DNA from: an uncultured Actinomycetes bacterium
GTDB lineage: Bacteria > Chloroflexota > Dormibacteria > Aeolococcales > Aeolococcaceae
Assembly: GCA_964499205.1 (NCBI GenBank)
Contig: CAZCJX010000001.1
Coordinates: forward strand, 52,969 to 116,968
Direction: 5' to 3'
DNA: 64,000 nucleotides
The notes under the pieces were generated by a model. The model was not told the DNA's origin. It made no database searches and worked only from the letters and a program-made list of their open reading frames with translations. This document shows, in pieces, positions 61,764-64,000 of the stretch (position 1 is the first letter of the stretch; each line of letters starts with the position of its first letter). Position numbers and translations under genes: made by a program.

Positions 61764-63200
61764 ATGCTGACCACGACCAAGGCGGCAGAGGTCCGCCGCA
61801 AGGTCGGACATCCCATCGTCGACGCCGACGGGCATTTCGTCGAAGTCGGCCCCATCATCGACGACGAGATCGCGCAGTACGTCGAGGAGATCGGCGGCAC
61901 CGCGATGCGGGAGCGCTACCTGGCGCAGGGCATCCGTCCCACCGACACCGCAACAAACACCGCCGACCGCGACAACCCCATCGTGCGCCAGCTGTGGGCG
62001 GCGATGCCCTCGTGGTGGGGCTGGCCGGTGAGCAACGTGCGCGACCGCGCCACCTGCCACCTGCCCCGGCTGCTCTACGAGCGGCTCGACGAGATGGGCA
62101 TCGACTTCGCCATCCTCTACCCGTCGATGACCATCTCCTTCCTCGACCTCGCCGACGACGAGCTGGCGGGAGTGGTGGCCAGGGCGGTGAACACAGCCCA
62201 TGCAAAGCGCTTCGCCGCCTACGCCGACCGCATGACGGTGGCCGCGATGGTGCCGATGCGCACTCCCCAGATCGCCATCGCCGAAGCCACCTACGCCGTG
62301 AAGGAGCTGGGCTTCAAGTCGATCCTCATCGCCGGCTACGCGCGCCGCCCGCTGGAGGGCAGCAGCTACCGCCTCGACACCTTCGGCCTCGACAGCGCCT
62401 ACGACTACGACCCCTTCTGGCAGGCCTGCGTCGACCTCAAGGTGGCGCCGGTGTCGCACAGCTCGCTGCAGTACCACCGGGTCACCCGCTCGGTGTCGAG
62501 CTACGTCTACAACCACATCGGCGGCATCGCCCACGCCCAGGAGTCGCTCTGCAAGTCGCTGTTCCTGGGCGGCGTGACCAAGCGCTTCCCGTCGCTGCGG
62601 GTCGGCTTCCTCGAGGGCGGGGTGGCCTGGGCCTGCAGCCTCTTCGCCGACACCGTCGGGCACTGGGAGAAGCGCAACGGCCGGGCGATCCACGAGCTCG
62701 ACCCCAACCGGCTCGACGTCGACGCGCTGATGGGCTACTTCGCCGAGTGGGGCGATCCCGACATGACCTCGCAGCTCGACAGGCTGCGCGCCTACTTCTC
62801 GCGCACTCCGGCAACCCCCAAGCAGGTCGACGAGTTCGCCGCGCTGGGCGCGGAGACCAAGGAGCAGATGAAGGAGCTCTTCGAGAGCCGCTTCTACTTC
62901 GGCTGCGAGGGCGACGACAAGACCATCGCCTGGGCCTTCGCCCAGAACGTCAACCCGGCGGGGGCGCGGCTGCGCCCGATGATCGGCTCGGACATCTCCC
63001 ACTGGGACGTGCCCGACATGCTCGAGCCGATCGAGGAGGCCTACGAGCTGGTCGAGGACGGCCTGATCGGCGACGCCGAGTTCCGCGAGCTCACCTACCT
63101 CAACGCGGTGCGCCTGCACGCCGGCATGAACCCCGACTACTTCACCGGCACGGTGGTCGAGAACGCGGTCGCCCAGGCGATCCGCGACGGACAGGTCTGA
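61764..63200 (+). CDS. amidohydrolase_2 family protein (second copy, longer)
   Basis: ATG after CAGGAGG. IVDADGHFVE N-terminus and IGSDISHWD C-terminal motif. Confidence 0.8.
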   Translation: MLTTTKAAEVRRKVGHPIVDADGHFVEVGPIIDDEIAQYVEEIGGTAMRERYLAQGIRPTDTATNTADRDNPIVRQLWAAMPSWWGWPVSNVRDRATCHLPRLLYERLDEMGIDFAILYPSMTISFLDLADDELAGVVARAVNTAHAKRFAAYADRMTVAAMVPMRTPQIAIAEATYAVKELGFKSILIAGYARRPLEGSSYRLDTFGLDSAYDYDPFWQACVDLKVAPVSHSSLQYHRVTRSVSSYVYNHIGGIAHAQESLCKSLFLGGVTKRFPSLRVGFLEGGVAWACSLFADTVGHWEKRNGRAIHELDPNRLDVDALMGYFAEWGDPDMTSQLDRLRAYFSRTPATPKQVDEFAALGAETKEQMKELFESRFYFGCEGDDKTIAWAFAQNVNPAGARLRPMIGSDISHWDVPDMLEPIEEAYELVEDGLIGDAEFRELTYLNAVRLHAGMNPDYFTGTVVENAVAQAIRDGQV

Positions 63201-63215
63201 GGAAACACCAAGCAG

Positions 63216-64000
63216 ATGAACAAGACTGACGCCAGGCCGCTGCGCACCGTGCTGTTCTGCGCGGGGCACGACATCGCGGAGATCGAGGCGGCGGTGGCCG
63301 CCAATCCCGACTCGGTGGTGATCGACCTCGAGGAGCCGCGCACGCCCTTCCCGGAGAACGAGCGGGTCAAGGCCCGTGAGGTGGTCAACCAGTTCCTGCG
63401 CCGGCCCAAGACCAACGACACGCTGTACTTCGTGCGCGTGCAGCCGCCGTCGAGCGGGCAGACGCTCAAGGACCTGCGCGCGGTGATGACCCCCAACCTG
63501 GCCGGCATCCTGGTCCCCAAGGTGCAGGGTCCCCAGGACATCCACGCCGCCGACGCGCTGCTCACCTGCATGGAGGTCGAGGCCGGCCTTCCTGCCAACT
63601 CTGTCTGCATCTACCCGATCCTGGAGACGGCGCAGGGCCTGCGCCTCGCCTACGAGATCGCCATGGCCTCGCCGCGCGTCGCGGTGATGGGCGGCGCGGT
63701 GTCGCGCTTCGGCGACATCCACCAGGCGGTCGGCTTCCGCTGGACCGCCGAGGGCCGCGAGACCCTCTACCTGCGCTCCAAGGCGCTGATCGACGTCAAG
63801 GCCGCGGGCATCCGCTATCCCGTGAGCGGCATGTGGGGCGGCCGCCGCGACGACATCGACGGCCTGCGCACCTGGGCCAGGCAGCTGCGCGACCTCGGCT
63901 ACTACGGCATGATGATCTCCGACCCCGAGCACGTCCCGGTGGTGCACGAGATCTTCTCGCCGACCGACGAGGAGCTGTCCTACTGGCAGGATCTCGACCG
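63216..64000 (+). CDS. HpcH/HpaI-CitE family CoA-ester lyase (malyl-/citramalyl-CoA lyase-like), 3' end outside window
   Basis: Not in the supplied ORF track because it has no stop in the window. My own translation from ATG 63216 gives MNKTDARPLRTVLFCAGHD...VVIDLEEPRTP...GILVPKV...PILETAQGL, which is CitE-like. Confidence 0.75.
   Translation, partial: MNKTDARPLRTVLFCAGHDIAEIEAAVAANPDSVVIDLEEPRTPFPENERVKAREVVNQFLRRPKTNDTLYFVRVQPPSSGQTLKDLRAVMTPNLAGILVPKVQGPQDIHAADALLTCMEVEAGLPANSVCIYPILETAQGLRLAYEIAMASPRVAVMGGAVSRFGDIHQAVGFRWTAEGRETLYLRSKALIDVKAAGIRYPVSGMWGGRRDDIDGLRTWARQLRDLGYYGMMISDPEHVPVVHEIFSPTDEELSYWQDLD

Noticed and set aside
1-64000. Search for CRISPR arrays, tRNA/rRNA genes, IS elements, integrases, toxin-antitoxin or phage-defence gene signatures
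   Set aside because: No regularly spaced direct repeats. No cloverleaf-like or rRNA-like AT-balanced segments. No ORF has transposase, recombinase, nuclease-helicase or ATPase-defence motifs. The window appears purely metabolic, transport and stress-related.

Overview
Very GC-rich, gene-dense chromosomal segment that looks Actinomycetota-like (inference from frequent GTG/TTG starts, ATGA/GTGA start-stop overlaps, leaderless-type promoters and gene content). About 50 protein-coding genes. I saw no rRNA, tRNA, CRISPR array, transposase, integrase or phage genes. Many long antisense ORFs in the supplied track are GC-bias artefacts. The window has three blocks. (1) 1-38 kb is a plant-glycan, pentose and deoxy-sugar utilisation super-locus. 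It holds two heparinase II/III-like lyases, GH127, GH31, a large GH106-like enzyme and GH3. It also holds a PhyH dioxygenase, a translationally coupled MtnK-like kinase plus divergent enolase paralog, a CocE/NonD hydrolase and two Zn-dehydrogenases. A complete Weimberg-type (XylXABCD-like) oxidative pentose set is present, with an RraA-like aldolase and an enolase-superfamily dehydratase inserted in it. The block ends with a second FAH hydrolase, a LacI regulator coupled to lutC and a lutB-lutA fusion, and rhaI-rhaB / rhaEW. Three related 14-bp LacI-type palindromes tie several of these operons together. (2) 38-47 kb starts with a remnant of a LuxR/LAL regulator (TPR core only). It abuts a stress and cation island: BON protein, HdeD, a P-type ATPase with a VPQGL TM4 motif, a coiled-coil protein, an Nramp-related transporter lacking the canonical DPGN/MPH metal site (NRMT-like), and CapA. 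(3) 47-64 kb is a divergently organised CoA-dependent catabolic island of unknown substrate. It holds three family III CoA-transferase domains (two fused in one 800-aa protein), a DUF35 plus SCP-x thiolase-like pair, two amidohydrolase_2 proteins, a bicupin and a double NTF2 protein. It also has an orphan LivJ-type binding protein, a Dpp-type importer with no ATPase in view, and a CitE-like CoA-ester lyase. Block 3 is my best candidate for an undescribed pathway, followed by the kinase-enolase pair and the RraA-like aldolase branch. All family calls come from motif recognition in the translated ORFs. No database search was possible.
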